DNA from: Pontiella sp.
Lineage (GTDB): Bacteria > Verrucomicrobiota > Kiritimatiellia > Kiritimatiellales > Pontiellaceae
Length of the DNA stretch: 64,000 nucleotides
Assembly: GCA_050290185.1 (NCBI GenBank)
Contig: JBNKHE010000008.1
Coordinates: forward strand, 1 to 64,000
Reading direction: 5' to 3'
Under the pieces are notes generated by a model, which saw nothing but the letters and a program-made list of their open reading frames with translations, made no database searches and had not been told where the DNA came from. Positions 48,351-59,064 of the stretch are shown here, in pieces (the first letter of the stretch is position 1; every line of letters starts with the position of its first letter). The translations under genes were made by a program, and so were the position numbers.

Positions 48351-49250
48351 ATGTCGATTTTAGTTAACAAGGATTCAAAGATTATTGTGCAGGGAATCAC
48401 AGGCTCCGAAGGAAGCTTCCACGCCTCCCAATGTCTGGAATATGGCGGCAATGTTGTTGGCGGGGTTACCCCCGGCAAAGGCGGGCAGACTGCGCTTGAG
48501 GGGGCGGTTCCGGTTTTCAACAGCTGTGCCGAAGCACGCGCCGAAACCGGCGCAAACGTCTCGCTTATTTTCGTGCCTCCGCCGTTTGCTGCGGACGCCA
48601 TTATGGAAGCGGCTGCGGCGGGGATCGAGCTGATCGTCTGCATTACGGAAGGCATTCCGGTGGCGCAGATGGTTGAGGTGAAGGCGTTCGTCGATAAGAC
48701 CGGCTCGCGGTTCATCGGGCCCAACTGTCCGGGCATCCTGACACCGAACGAAGCGAAAGTCGGCATTATGCCCGGCTTCATTGCGAAGAAGGGAACGGTG
48801 GGTGTTATTTCCAAATCGGGAACATTGACCTACGAAGCCGTCGATCAGCTTTGCCAACAGGGGCTGGGACAGTCGACCTGCATCGGTATCGGAGGGGATC
48901 CCGTTATCGGCACGACGATGAAGGATTTGTTGAAGATGTTCGAAGCTGATCCGGAAACCGAAGCGATTGTGATGATTGGTGAAATCGGCGGTTCAATGGA
49001 AATCGAGGCCGCACAGTACGCGAAGGAGAATGTCACCAAGCCGGTCATCGGATTTATTGCCGGCCAAACCGCTCCGCCGGGTCGCCGAATGGGTCATGCC
49101 GGTGCGATTGTATCCGGGGCCGATGAATCGGCCGCCGCAAAAAAGAAATTAATGGCCGAGTGCGGCATATTGGTGGTCGAGTCCCCGGCTGATATCGGAC
49201 GGACCGTTAAGAAATCTTTAAAGAGAATAGAAATTGGAGTTGAACTATGA
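48351..49250 (+). CDS. sucD: succinyl-CoA ligase alpha subunit
   Basis: [26 protein letters not shown]. Confidence 0.97.
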   Translation: MSILVNKDSKIIVQGITGSEGSFHASQCLEYGGNVVGGVTPGKGGQTALEGAVPVFNSCAEARAETGANVSLIFVPPPFAADAIMEAAAAGIELIVCITEGIPVAQMVEVKAFVDKTGSRFIGPNCPGILTPNEAKVGIMPGFIAKKGTVGVISKSGTLTYEAVDQLCQQGLGQSTCIGIGGDPVIGTTMKDLLKMFEADPETEAIVMIGEIGGSMEIEAAQYAKENVTKPVIGFIAGQTAPPGRRMGHAGAIVSGADESAAAKKKLMAECGILVVESPADIGRTVKKSLKRIEIGVEL

Positions 49251-50533
49251 GCAACAAAGCAACACTGGAGTATGAAGACAAAAAAATAGAGCTGGATGCT
49301 ATCATAGGGACGGAAGGTGAAATCGGTCTGGATATCACGCAACTGCGAGCGCAGACGGGAATGATCACTCTCGATCCGGGCTACGGAAACACGGGGTCGT
49401 GCACATCGGACATCACGTTCATTAATGGAGAAAAGGGCATTCTGCGTCATCGCGGATACGCGATTGAGGAGCTTGCTGAAAAGTCGACCTTCATGGAAAC
49501 CGCCTTTCTGGTGCTCTATGGCCACCTTCCAAGCGCCGCAGAGCTCGCGGCATTCGAAAAGGAAATTGCAAGCGAAGCCAGCTTGCACTATGGCATGAAA
49601 AGCCACTTCGAAGGTTTTCCGGACAATGCGCCGCCGATGGCTGTACTTTCGGCAATGCTTAATGTTCTTTCGTGCTATAACACCGATCTGCTTACCACCG
49701 CGACGGAAGGTCCGAAGTTCACCGTGCCGGCGTCAAAAATTATCTCCAAAGTACGTGCCATCGCGGCCTGGGCTTACCGTACATCGATCGGCAAACCGTT
49801 TATGCCACCGCGCCCGGACCTGAGCTATACCGGTAACTTTCTGCATATGCTGTTTTCCGAAACCTTCAATCCCTACGAGCCGCTTCCCGAAGTGGAACGC
49901 GCTATGGATCTGTTCTTCACCCTTCACGCCGATCATGAGCAAAACTGTTCGACCTCGACCGTGCGCATGGTAGGGAGCTCGCGCGCGAGTTTGTTCAGTT
50001 CCGTCGCTGCCGGCGTCGGCGCGCTGTGGGGGCCGCTGCATGGCGGAGCCAACTGCGAAGTGATCAAGATGCTGACGAATATCCACGAAAACGGCATCAA
50101 GCCAAGCGTCTTTGTCGAGCAGGCCAAGGACAAAAATTCCGACGTCAAGCTCATGGGTTTCGGGCATCGTGTATACAAGAGTTTTGATCCGCGCGCCAAG
50201 ATTCTCAAGGGACAGGTAGATAACGTGCTCAAGGCTTTGAATATCGAAGATCCCTTGCTCGATATCGCCTACGAGCTCGAAGAGATGGCGCGAAGCGACA
50301 GCTACTTTATTGAGCGCAACCTGTATCCGAACGTCGACTTCTACAGCGGGATCCTGCTGCGGGCGGTCGGTATTCCAGTGGACATGTTCACCGTGCTCTT
50401 CGCCATTGGCCGCATGCCGGGCTGGATCGCCAACTGGCGGGAAATGCATGTACAAAGCCTGCGCATCAGTCGTCCGCGCCAGATCTACACCGGAGAAAAC
50501 CTCCGTTCATACGTTCCCGTCGAAGAGCGGTAG
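49247..50533 (+). CDS. gltA: citrate synthase
   Basis: [36 protein letters not shown]. Confidence 0.97.
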   Translation: MSNKATLEYEDKKIELDAIIGTEGEIGLDITQLRAQTGMITLDPGYGNTGSCTSDITFINGEKGILRHRGYAIEELAEKSTFMETAFLVLYGHLPSAAELAAFEKEIASEASLHYGMKSHFEGFPDNAPPMAVLSAMLNVLSCYNTDLLTTATEGPKFTVPASKIISKVRAIAAWAYRTSIGKPFMPPRPDLSYTGNFLHMLFSETFNPYEPLPEVERAMDLFFTLHADHEQNCSTSTVRMVGSSRASLFSSVAAGVGALWGPLHGGANCEVIKMLTNIHENGIKPSVFVEQAKDKNSDVKLMGFGHRVYKSFDPRAKILKGQVDNVLKALNIEDPLLDIAYELEEMARSDSYFIERNLYPNVDFYSGILLRAVGIPVDMFTVLFAIGRMPGWIANWREMHVQSLRISRPRQIYTGENLRSYVPVEER

Positions 50534-50553
50534 ACCGCGTTTTCGTCATGATC

Positions 50554-50580
50554 AAGGACGGCTCGTTGAGCCGTCCTTTT
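50554..50580. terminator. terminator of the TCA operon
   Basis: AAGGACGGCTC-GTT-GAGCCGTCCTTTT. Confidence 0.82.
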
Positions 50581-51010
50581 ATCTTTCCGGAAGCCGCCGC
50601 TCAAAAATCGATTTGGCGGTTTTGTTGCCGACCACATAGATCAACAGCAAGATGAGCGGAATAGCCAGAATGTTCACGGAGATAATGTTGACGATGCCGA
50701 TGCCGAAGTAGCAGACCACGGCAACCTTGTACGCCCATAAGGCGTAGCGGATCAGGCCGATGGCGAGGATGAGGTTAATCGTAGAAAGTGCCACCACCCC
50801 CCCTGTAGGCAGTGTGATTTCTGTCAGTGCCATGATGCCGATACCTGCCAGAATCAAATGCAGCATGGCTAGAAAGCGGATGTTGAGGGCGGCGCGCCGA
50901 ACCTGCTTCTCTTTTTGAGTCAGGTCGGTTCGGGCCTTCTCCTGATCAATCCCGCAGACCGGGCAGATATCGGCTTCGGCCCGGGTGCGGCAACTCTTGC
51001 ATTGCTTCAT
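50579..51010 (-). CDS. membrane protein with N-terminal zinc-ribbon motif
   Basis: CKSC...CPVC followed by 3-4 TM segments; GGAG RBS. Confidence 0.7.
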   Translation of the reverse strand: MKQCKSCRTRAEADICPVCGIDQEKARTDLTQKEKQVRRAALNIRFLAMLHLILAGIGIMALTEITLPTGGVVALSTINLILAIGLIRYALWAYKVAVVCYFGIGIVNIISVNILAIPLILLLIYVVGNKTAKSIFERRLPER

Positions 51011-51087
51011 GAATCATCTCCTGCATTTAGGAGTAGGATAGAGGATTGCTGTTACAGGTGAAAGTCCACCGTCGGGTTTTAAAAGGC

Positions 51088-51122
51088 GAACGGACCGCCA
51101 AGGGGGAGGAGGCGGTCCGTTC
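51088..51122 (-). terminator. terminator after tpx
   Basis: GAACGGACCGCC...GGCGGTCCGTTC hairpin. Confidence 0.7.
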
Positions 51123-51152
51123 TGTTGGGGTGGGTGTTTCTAGGAAAAATTC

Positions 51153-51650
51153 TTACAGTGCTGCCAGCGCAGCCTCATAGTTTGGTTCCTGGGTGATTTC
51201 GGGAACCTGTTCGGTATAGAGCACGTTGCCTGATTCATCAATCACCACAACCGCGCGGGATAAAAGTCCGGCCAGCGGTCCGTCTGCGATGGTTACGCCA
51301 TAGCTGCTTCCAAATTCCGGATTGCGGAAAACGGAAACCGGTACGACGTTATCGAGGCCTTCGGCTCCGCAGAAACGTCCCAAAGCAAAAGGCAGATCAA
51401 CCGATACGCAAAGAACGACGGTGTTGTCCAGTGAACTGGCTGCTTCGTTAAAGTGGCGGGTCGATGCGGCGCATACACCCGTATCGATACTTGGGAAAAT
51501 ATTGAGGACTACTTTTTTTCCGGCGAAATCGGCCAGCGCGCAACCGGAAAGGTCGGTTTTTACGCCTTCAAAGGCGGGTGCGTTACTACCTGCAGCCGGT
51601 AGTTCACCTACGGTGCTTACGGGGTTTCCTTTTAAAGTGATTGAAGCCAT
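51153..51650 (-). CDS. tpx: thiol peroxidase (atypical 2-Cys peroxiredoxin)
   Basis: [36 protein letters not shown]. Confidence 0.96.
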   Translation of the reverse strand: MASITLKGNPVSTVGELPAAGSNAPAFEGVKTDLSGCALADFAGKKVVLNIFPSIDTGVCAASTRHFNEAASSLDNTVVLCVSVDLPFALGRFCGAEGLDNVVPVSVFRNPEFGSSYGVTIADGPLAGLLSRAVVVIDESGNVLYTEQVPEITQEPNYEAALAAL

Positions 51651-51846
51651 TGTTTCTCCTTTTGTGTTTACGAGCACATACGGTAAATGAATGCCATTTG
51701 TTAATCAAGTACAATATTTGTACTATTTAACCCTCGGGCTAATGACCTTGTTTCACCGGCCGTATATAGGGTTGACCGGATAGGGGGCTAGGCTCTAGTT
51801 TTAGTCTATACATAAAGCGATCTGATAATCGCCATAGGAGAGAGGT

Positions 51847-52443
51847 ATGAAATTCATTCACACCATTACCATTTTAAGTCTAACTGTAGTTTTGACCGGT
51901 TGCGCGACCTCATCGAAGGTTCAGGACATGATCGATGCTTCGAATCAGGATTACCTGACTCAAATCAAGGAGCACGAAGGCTCGATTACGGTATTAAAGC
52001 AATCCGCTATGGCTGGATTGGAAAAGAGTTCGGAAAACGCCAAACAGCTCGATGAGCTGGTAAAACGGATGGATGCACTGGTCCGGAAAATGGTCGTTGT
52101 GCAGGATTTGGCTAATGCTTCCAAGGTCATGAGTGCGGCCAATACGGTCAAGGTGTCTGATCTCGAAGAGCGGGTTGCCACCCACGAGGAAGAGAATGCA
52201 AAAGTCATCGCGCAGATGACCGAGATCGACAAGCTTTATGAAGAGGTATTGATTCGTCAGTATCAGGCCATCGCCGAAAGTGCCAATGCGGCCATCGAAT
52301 CCCTGAAGGAAGACGGATTCTCCGCTTCCACCAATGCGCCCGTGAAGCTTGATGAGCCCATAGAAATTGTTGCTCCCGATACGGCCACACCGACCAACGG
52401 GTCTGATCCGGCGCCGGGAGGAAAGACCGTGCCGATGGATTGA
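51847..52443 (+). CDS. coiled-coil lipoprotein
   Basis: lipobox LTGC; heptad-rich helical body; GGAG/GAGG RBS. Confidence 0.75.
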   Translation: MKFIHTITILSLTVVLTGCATSSKVQDMIDASNQDYLTQIKEHEGSITVLKQSAMAGLEKSSENAKQLDELVKRMDALVRKMVVVQDLANASKVMSAANTVKVSDLEERVATHEEENAKVIAQMTEIDKLYEEVLIRQYQAIAESANAAIESLKEDGFSASTNAPVKLDEPIEIVAPDTATPTNGSDPAPGGKTVPMD

Positions 52444-52561
52444 CGCTCGTGAGTGATCAGCCTGTATCCACCCGCCCTGCCGTTGTAGAGCGGGTGTTTG
52501 TTTTTCTGGCTTGATGCCATTCGAATGCACTTTTAAGTTATGCCAAAGCAAAGGAACCGTT

Positions 52562-53173
52562 ATGGATCAGCAAGCACGCACCGCCCATATCACGCGCAAT
52601 ACCAAAGAAACACAGATTGAGCTTTCGTTGGATATCGACGGCAAGGCCGAGTATGAGATTTCCACCGGGGTTCCCTTTTTCGACCACATGCTTGATCTAC
52701 TCGCCAAACATGCACTGTTTGACCTAAGGATCAAGGCTTCCGGTGATATCGATGTGGATTATCATCATCTTGTTGAAGATGTCGGCATTGTGCTGGGTGA
52801 GGCACTGAATCAGGCGCTGGGTGACCGCAAGGGGATCAACCGCTACGGTTTCTGGGTCCTGCCGATGGATGAGGCGCAGGCACAGGCTGATGTCTGTCTT
52901 GATCTCGGCGGCCGGCCCTTCTTCGTCTATCACGTGGAACACGATCAGAAATATATCCGCGACTTCGATGTGACGATCATTAAACATTTTTGGCGCTCGT
53001 TTTGCGACTCGGCCAAAATGAACCTCCACATCGAACTGAAGTTTGGTGAAGACCTTCATCATTGTATTGAAGCCATCTTCAAGGCTGTTGCCCGCGCGTT
53101 GCGTGTTGCGTGCGATAGCGATCCGCGCGCCTTGGATCTGATTCCTTCCAGCAAGGGGCGCATCGGCGCCTAG
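52562..53173 (+). CDS. hisB: imidazoleglycerol-phosphate dehydratase
   Basis: RNTKETQI, FFDHML, HHLVEDVG, PMDEA, HHCIEAIFKA, PSSKG. Confidence 0.96.
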   Translation: MDQQARTAHITRNTKETQIELSLDIDGKAEYEISTGVPFFDHMLDLLAKHALFDLRIKASGDIDVDYHHLVEDVGIVLGEALNQALGDRKGINRYGFWVLPMDEAQAQADVCLDLGGRPFFVYHVEHDQKYIRDFDVTIIKHFWRSFCDSAKMNLHIELKFGEDLHHCIEAIFKAVARALRVACDSDPRALDLIPSSKGRIGA

Positions 53174-53176
53174 CCC

Positions 53177-53965
53177 ATGGATTTCCTTTCCCAGTTTTCT
53201 CTACTCGACCTTTTCTGGGTCGGACTGAGTTTATTTCTGATTGGTATGGGGAAGGGCGGTTTTCCTGTTGGCTCCATTGCGTTGCCTGTGTTGATTCTGG
53301 TTTGGCCCGCTCAGACGTATGCGGCGCGGCAGGCCGTGGGTTTTATGCTGCCGATGCTGTGCCTGATGGATTTGGTTGCCCTCACTTTCTATTGGCGCCA
53401 CGTGCAATGGGGACGCCTGATCTATTTGATTCCGGCAACCTTGCTGGGGGTGGCGGTGGCGAGTTTCCTGTTTGTCTCGAACGAGGCGGCTGTAGCGGTA
53501 TCGGATCAGGCGCTCAAAATTCTCATTGGCGTACTCGGGATTCTGTTTGTGGGCTACTTTGCCACGAAGACATGGATTCTTCGGCACATCCATGCCGCGG
53601 AACCGAATTGGACCAAGGGCGGGGCGTTCGGCTTTGCGGCCGGAATGACCTCCACGCTGGCGCATGCGGCTGGTCCGGTAATGCAGATGTATCTGCTGCC
53701 TCAGCAACTCGAAAAGAAAAAGTTTGCCGCAACCAGTTGTGCGTTTTTCTGGATGCTCAACCTCGTCAAGCTGCTGCCGTTTTCGCTGATGGGTCGAATC
53801 GAACCGGACAACCTAAAACTTGGTGTGTTGTTGTTGCCCGTGATTCCTCTGGGTGTTGCATGCGGGTGGTGGCTGACGCACCGGACGGAGCAGAAGCATT
53901 ACACGCTGCTGATCTACACCGTGCTTCTGATTACATCTATCACCTTGATCTTCAAGGCGCTCTAA
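53177..53965 (+). CDS. TauE/SafE (sulfite exporter) family membrane protein
   Basis: IGMGKGG, LPMLCLMD, STLAHAAGP, NLVKLLP. Confidence 0.88.
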   Translation: MDFLSQFSLLDLFWVGLSLFLIGMGKGGFPVGSIALPVLILVWPAQTYAARQAVGFMLPMLCLMDLVALTFYWRHVQWGRLIYLIPATLLGVAVASFLFVSNEAAVAVSDQALKILIGVLGILFVGYFATKTWILRHIHAAEPNWTKGGAFGFAAGMTSTLAHAAGPVMQMYLLPQQLEKKKFAATSCAFFWMLNLVKLLPFSLMGRIEPDNLKLGVLLLPVIPLGVACGWWLTHRTEQKHYTLLIYTVLLITSITLIFKAL

Positions 53966-53969
53966 TGGC

Positions 53970-54920
53970 TTAGTCATCGCCATACATTTGATTGGCCTGC
54001 AGCAACTGCCCTTCGATTAGGGATTGTATGGCCAGTCCGCTTTCACGCCATGCCGCCAGCTGTTCCGGGGTCAGGATCGCCTGCATGCGTTGATCCATCA
54101 GTTCTCCGACCGCCTTCACATCGGCGATATGCTTGCGGATGTTTTCCTGCGAGTACCGCTCGGCGCTGAGATCCCTGTTTTCGTTATCGTTAAGGTCCGT
54201 GGACCAGTTGTATTTTTCCCGCTCTTCGTACATGATGTTGAGCACTTCACGATACGAGTCTTCCGGAAGGGCATTTTCGCCCAGCATCTGGTCCATCTGC
54301 GAAAGCATCATGCGTTCACCGATGGTGTCTTCATAATATTTGAATTCCTCGAAGTCCTTGGAATCATTCAGGAACTGTTCCATTTCAGCGCGCATGGCGT
54401 CGTTGACTTCATAAACATGTTCCTGAAGCGCCTGTTTTTCTTCTTCGGTGAGGGTGCCCGATGTCATTTTTATGTGCGCGTCCACATTCGCCATCTGGCG
54501 ATACATCAACAGGTCCATGAAATATTTAGTCTCATCGGCATTTAAACCCAGATACTCAATCATGTCGGCATACAGCGCTCCGATGGCTCCACGCTGACTG
54601 GCTTCGATCATCTTGTTGATGGTTGGGTTTTCCTCCATGGTCTTTGCCATATCGCGCATGATCCGGCTGGTTCCGTCCACGCTTCGATCCGGTTCCGGTT
54701 CAGGGGTTTCATCGATGGTTGCAGGTCCGTCCTCTCGGGCTGTCTGGTCCTGTCCAGCGGCCTGGTGGGCTTCGGTGGGCTGGTTCCCGGAATGCGATCC
54801 GGCTTCCATGTCCGCGATTTTCTTCGCCATTTGGGCTTTTTCCCGTTGCTGCAGCTGGAGAAAGACCGCGAGGGCCGCACAGACGATAACCAGAAGAATG
54901 ATGGGCATTTTCCGTTTCAT
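53970..54920 (-). CDS. membrane-anchored alpha-helical hypothetical protein
   Basis: GGAGG RBS, N-terminal TM, acidic helical body, ILTPEQLAAW repeat-like end. Confidence 0.7.
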   Translation of the reverse strand: MKRKMPIILLVIVCAALAVFLQLQQREKAQMAKKIADMEAGSHSGNQPTEAHQAAGQDQTAREDGPATIDETPEPEPDRSVDGTSRIMRDMAKTMEENPTINKMIEASQRGAIGALYADMIEYLGLNADETKYFMDLLMYRQMANVDAHIKMTSGTLTEEEKQALQEHVYEVNDAMRAEMEQFLNDSKDFEEFKYYEDTIGERMMLSQMDQMLGENALPEDSYREVLNIMYEEREKYNWSTDLNDNENRDLSAERYSQENIRKHIADVKAVGELMDQRMQAILTPEQLAAWRESGLAIQSLIEGQLLQANQMYGDD

Positions 54921-55031
54921 GATTCCCTCCCTTGGTTCGGTTGTGTCACTTGTGTATCAACCCGTTGACAAAAAAGTAATTACAACATTTACTACCCGTT
55001 GTAAAGGTTGGTGGAAAAAAGAGCTATATTC

Positions 55032-56204
55032 ATGAAATGGGAGCGGACAGATCTGGGGCGGTTACCGGTAAAATCGTGGTGCGACCGGGTGGAACAAGGC
55101 GCATTGGATCAGGCGGCCAACCTAGCGAACCATCCTCGCGTGGTTGGTCACGTGGCGTTGATGCCGGACTGCCATGTGGGATACGGCATGCCGATCGGCG
55201 GGGTGGTTGCATGCGATAACGCCATTATTCCAAACGCGGTCGGTGTGGATATCGGTTGCGGCATGTGCGCGGTTCAGACCAGCGTCGAGGTTGACGCGAT
55301 TTCCCGCAGTCAGATTCGAAAATGCATGGATGCAGTCCAGGAACGCATTCCGCTGGGCGAGGGCCATTGCCATCGCAGACCGCAGCAATGGGATCGGTTT
55401 AACGAATTACCGTCGTGGCTGGATGAACATGCCCGCGAACTGGCGTTCAGGAATCTCGGATCGCTTGGCGGCGGAAACCATTTTGTTGAATTGCAGGCCG
55501 GCGATGATGGAATGGTTTGGTTGATGCTCCACTCCGGCTCGCGGAACCTCGGCTACCGGATTGCCGAGCGTCATCATGGTATTGCATTGAAGCGCCATTC
55601 CGAGCTGGGCGACCTCGCGTATCTCGAGGTGGGCAGTAGTGAAGGGCAGGCCTATCTCCATGACATGAATGTTGCCTTGGCCTACGCGCAGGAAAACCGT
55701 GCACGCATGATGCAAGTGTTCAGGGAAGCACTATTCGTCACGTTTGGCGATGTACGGTTCACTAAGGAGATCAATATCCACCACAACTATGCCGCCAAGG
55801 AAGCGCATTTCGGGAGAACCGTGTGGGTGCATCGCAAGGGGGCGACATCGGCCAAGGAGGGGGAAGAGGGGATTATTCCCGGCAGCATGGGAACGCATTC
55901 GTACATCGTGCGAGGTTGCGGGAATCCGGAATCGTTTCAGTCCTGCGCACATGGCGCCGGCAGGAAGTTGGGGCGCATGGCGGCTTCGCGCACGTTGTTG
56001 CGGGAGGATTGCGACAAGGCGATGACGGGCATCGTTTTTTCCGGCTGGCATGCGTTTCGGGGCGGTGGACGGAAGATGAAGGGATTGCTTGATCTCAGTG
56101 AAGCACCGCAGGCCTACAAGGATATTGATGAGGTTGTTGGGGCTTCTTCGGATCTGGCTGTGCCGCTGGTTCGATTGCGTCCTTTAGGTGTGGTGAAGGG
56201 GTAA
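55032..56204 (+). CDS. rtcB: RtcB family RNA ligase
   Basis: MPDCHVGYG, GVDIGCGM, GGGNHF, HSGSR, HRKGAT, HGAGR, EAPQAYKDI. Confidence 0.95.
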   Translation: MKWERTDLGRLPVKSWCDRVEQGALDQAANLANHPRVVGHVALMPDCHVGYGMPIGGVVACDNAIIPNAVGVDIGCGMCAVQTSVEVDAISRSQIRKCMDAVQERIPLGEGHCHRRPQQWDRFNELPSWLDEHARELAFRNLGSLGGGNHFVELQAGDDGMVWLMLHSGSRNLGYRIAERHHGIALKRHSELGDLAYLEVGSSEGQAYLHDMNVALAYAQENRARMMQVFREALFVTFGDVRFTKEINIHHNYAAKEAHFGRTVWVHRKGATSAKEGEEGIIPGSMGTHSYIVRGCGNPESFQSCAHGAGRKLGRMAASRTLLREDCDKAMTGIVFSGWHAFRGGGRKMKGLLDLSEAPQAYKDIDEVVGASSDLAVPLVRLRPLGVVKG

Positions 56205-56279
56205 TTGATTCCATGTTTTTCGTGTAATTTTTCTTTCCTCCCGTTTAGACTCCGCTTTTTGATTCAACGGAACGATGGC

Positions 56280-56900
56280 ATGATTGGAATTATTGACTAT
56301 GGAATGGGGAATCTTGGAAGCGTTTCCAACGCCTTCCGGTTTCTTGGACTTGATGCAAAGATTGTTTCACGAAAAAGTGAAATGGAGGATTGTCGTGCGG
56401 TACTGCTTCCGGGCGTCGGCGCATTTGGCGATTGCATGAGTCATCTGGTCGAGCACGATTTTGTCGAGGCGATCGGCACCTGGGTTCAGGCGGGCAAGCC
56501 TATGATGGGTATTTGTCTTGGACTGCAGGTCCTGTTCGACTCCAGCGAAGAGACGCCCGGCGTTCCGGGGCTTGGAATCTTTCCGGGAAGCGTGAAGCGC
56601 TTTGATCTTCCTAGGGAACTTAAGGTGCCCCAGATCGGCTGGAACCGGATCAATGAGGTTCAACCCGGGTGTCCTATGTTCGATGGAATCGACGATGGCT
56701 CGTTCTTCTATCTGGTGCACTCCTATTATGTTAGTCCTGAAAACGAGGCGGTCATTGCCGGCAGGACGGAATACGGGATCGATTACTGTTCGTGTGTCTG
56801 GAAGGACAATGTGTTTGCCACCCAGTTCCACCCGGAGAAGTCACAGGAAGCGGGGCTTCGCATGCTGCGGAATTTCCAGACCTGGGCCGCGGCGATGTAG
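56280..56900 (+). CDS. hisH: imidazole glycerol phosphate synthase glutaminase subunit
   Basis: IIDYGMGNL, LPGVGAF, GICLG, QFHPEKS. Confidence 0.96.
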   Translation: MIGIIDYGMGNLGSVSNAFRFLGLDAKIVSRKSEMEDCRAVLLPGVGAFGDCMSHLVEHDFVEAIGTWVQAGKPMMGICLGLQVLFDSSEETPGVPGLGIFPGSVKRFDLPRELKVPQIGWNRINEVQPGCPMFDGIDDGSFFYLVHSYYVSPENEAVIAGRTEYGIDYCSCVWKDNVFATQFHPEKSQEAGLRMLRNFQTWAAAM

Positions 56901-56985
56901 GGTCGGCCAGCTGAGAAAGGCCTTGTTTTGGATATGTCCCGATCAGAAATGATGATAGGTTTTTCCCGTTTTCGGAATAGGATTT

Positions 56986-58434
56986 ATGAGTCTGAAAAAT
57001 AGAATATTGCTGATTATATTTGTCGCTTCGATCGCATCATCGGTCGTTACTGGTTGCTTTTTAGTCTACCTGCTCAAGCTTTCCGGGCAAATGGCGATCA
57101 GCTCCGAAGGGCACTCCATCGCGCTTGTTTTTGCGATTGCCGTTTATCTGCTTAGTGGTCTTTTCATTCTGATCCTGCTGAATGTGTTGCTCAGTAAAAA
57201 TGTAGTTATTCCTGCGGTGGAGCGTAAGCTCATAGACAATGAAAGGGAGATGCTGACCCGGCAGCTACACCATTCTCAGAAGATGGAAGCGGTCGGGAAG
57301 CTGGCGGGCAGTATTGCGCACGATTTTAACAACCTGCTTACGATTATCGATGGCTACTCAAGTATGATCATTGCCAGTCCTGACTCGCCTGATGTCCAGC
57401 AGAATGCCGAGGAAGTCGTTGAGGCGGCCCGAAAAGCTTCATTTATTACGCGCAAACTGCTCAGCTTTAGTCAAAAGGAAAAAGCCGAGCCGGTGTTGCT
57501 CGATCTTAATACAACGCTACAGGATACGCATAAGATGTTAACCCGGCTGATCGGGGAAAAAATCGCGTTGGTCACCAAGGCCTATGATGAACCGGTCTAT
57601 GCGAAGGCGGATCCGGTTCAGATCGGACAGGTGCTGATGAATCTTGCGGTGAATGCGCGGGACGCTATGCCGAATGGGGGACGTATCACCATCAAGATCG
57701 ATTGCCTGGAGGTCGGTGACGGGGAGTGCGGTAAGCCTTCCAGTCTGTCGGCTGGTCGCTATGCGGAGATATCTGTACACGATACAGGGGTCGGCATGGA
57801 TGAAGAACTTCTGGATCGGGTTTTTGAAGCATTCTTTACCACCAAGCAGGAAGGCAAAGGGTCGGGGCTGGGATTGTCGATTGTCAAAGGCATCATGAAG
57901 GGCAATAAAGGATTTGTTGATGTTCACAGCAAGCTAGGAAATGGAACCACGTTCCTGCTCTATCTGCCGGTTGTAGAACTTGAGGTTGCCGCGGATATGC
58001 TTGAAGAGGAAGCGGCGGCAGCCGTGGTGGATAAAGCGACTGTCGATGCGGATACTCCGGTTGAGCAAGAGACAAAAACCATTCTCCTGGCGGAGGATGA
58101 TCCCATGATTCGGAATCTCGTACAGCAAACGCTGGAGGCAAAGGGGTATACGGTGTTGATTGCCGAAGATGGCTGGGAGGGAATCAAGATTGCACGTAAC
58201 CACAAGGGGCGGATCGACCTGCTCTTTACCGATGTTGTCATGCCGGGAATGGGCGGTGCCGAGCTTGCCGTGGCGATGAATGAACTTTATATCGGCATCA
58301 AGGTGTTGTTCATGTCTGGCTATTCGCGCTCGCAACTCATTGATGAGGGCGTTGCTGAAGATGCGGCATTGATCGAGAAGCCCTTCTCGCCAGATAAAGT
58401 GGTGAGCATGGTCCGAAAACTACTGGCCAGCTAA
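56986..58434 (+). CDS. hybrid sensor histidine kinase/receiver
   Basis: 2 TM, QKMEAVGKLAGSIAHDFNN, FFTTK..GKGSGLGL, C-terminal receiver TDVVMP/KPF. Confidence 0.93.
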   Translation: MSLKNRILLIIFVASIASSVVTGCFLVYLLKLSGQMAISSEGHSIALVFAIAVYLLSGLFILILLNVLLSKNVVIPAVERKLIDNEREMLTRQLHHSQKMEAVGKLAGSIAHDFNNLLTIIDGYSSMIIASPDSPDVQQNAEEVVEAARKASFITRKLLSFSQKEKAEPVLLDLNTTLQDTHKMLTRLIGEKIALVTKAYDEPVYAKADPVQIGQVLMNLAVNARDAMPNGGRITIKIDCLEVGDGECGKPSSLSAGRYAEISVHDTGVGMDEELLDRVFEAFFTTKQEGKGSGLGLSIVKGIMKGNKGFVDVHSKLGNGTTFLLYLPVVELEVAADMLEEEAAAAVVDKATVDADTPVEQETKTILLAEDDPMIRNLVQQTLEAKGYTVLIAEDGWEGIKIARNHKGRIDLLFTDVVMPGMGGAELAVAMNELYIGIKVLFMSGYSRSQLIDEGVAEDAALIEKPFSPDKVVSMVRKLLAS

Positions 58435-58941
58435 TGTTGGGATGGTTCTGTCGGCCTGTTTACCGGATGCCGGTACGACCATAACGTTGCATGGGGCATG
58501 GCGCATAACTGATTCGGATACGCTTCCGAGCAGGGCTTTATGAAGCATACCGTGTCCATGGGAGCCGAGGATTATGATATCGGCTTTCAGGTCGGTGGCC
58601 TTTTTGATAATAAGTTTGGCTGCATTTCCCTTTAGCAGGATGGCCCGCGCATCGATCCCTTCATTACGCAGGCCGGAAGAAATCGACAAGAGCTCGTCGT
58701 GTTCGCGTTTGAGCTCCTCTGCGCTAAGATCGCGGGCGACTTGAACATCTCCAGGTGTACTGATGAAGTCGGGCGAATAGTCTGCATATTGCGTAGTTTC
58801 GTAGATGACGGCATTAGTCTCGTCGGAGGCAATATGCACGATCCAAAGCTTCGCATTGAGAGTTTTTGCCAGCGAGGATGCCTGTTGCAATACGACGCCA
58901 GTGGTTTTGGAGAAGTCGATAGCGACTAAAAGCGTTTTCAT
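58420..58941 (-). CDS. universal stress protein
   Basis: LLVAIDFS, IILGSHGHG...LLGSVSE.V...PC.VMVVP. Confidence 0.93.
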   Translation of the reverse strand: MKTLLVAIDFSKTTGVVLQQASSLAKTLNAKLWIVHIASDETNAVIYETTQYADYSPDFISTPGDVQVARDLSAEELKREHDELLSISSGLRNEGIDARAILLKGNAAKLIIKKATDLKADIIILGSHGHGMLHKALLGSVSESVMRHAPCNVMVVPASGKQADRTIPTLAGQ

Positions 58942-59064
58942 TCTACCTCCTTTTCTCTTCCGGTATTCTAATACCTTATCCCTACATGGCAAGCTGGGCT
59001 TTTCCTGTTTCGGAAAGGATCGGAGGTTTAAAAATTGTTTTGAGAGAAGGGGATGCTATTTTTG

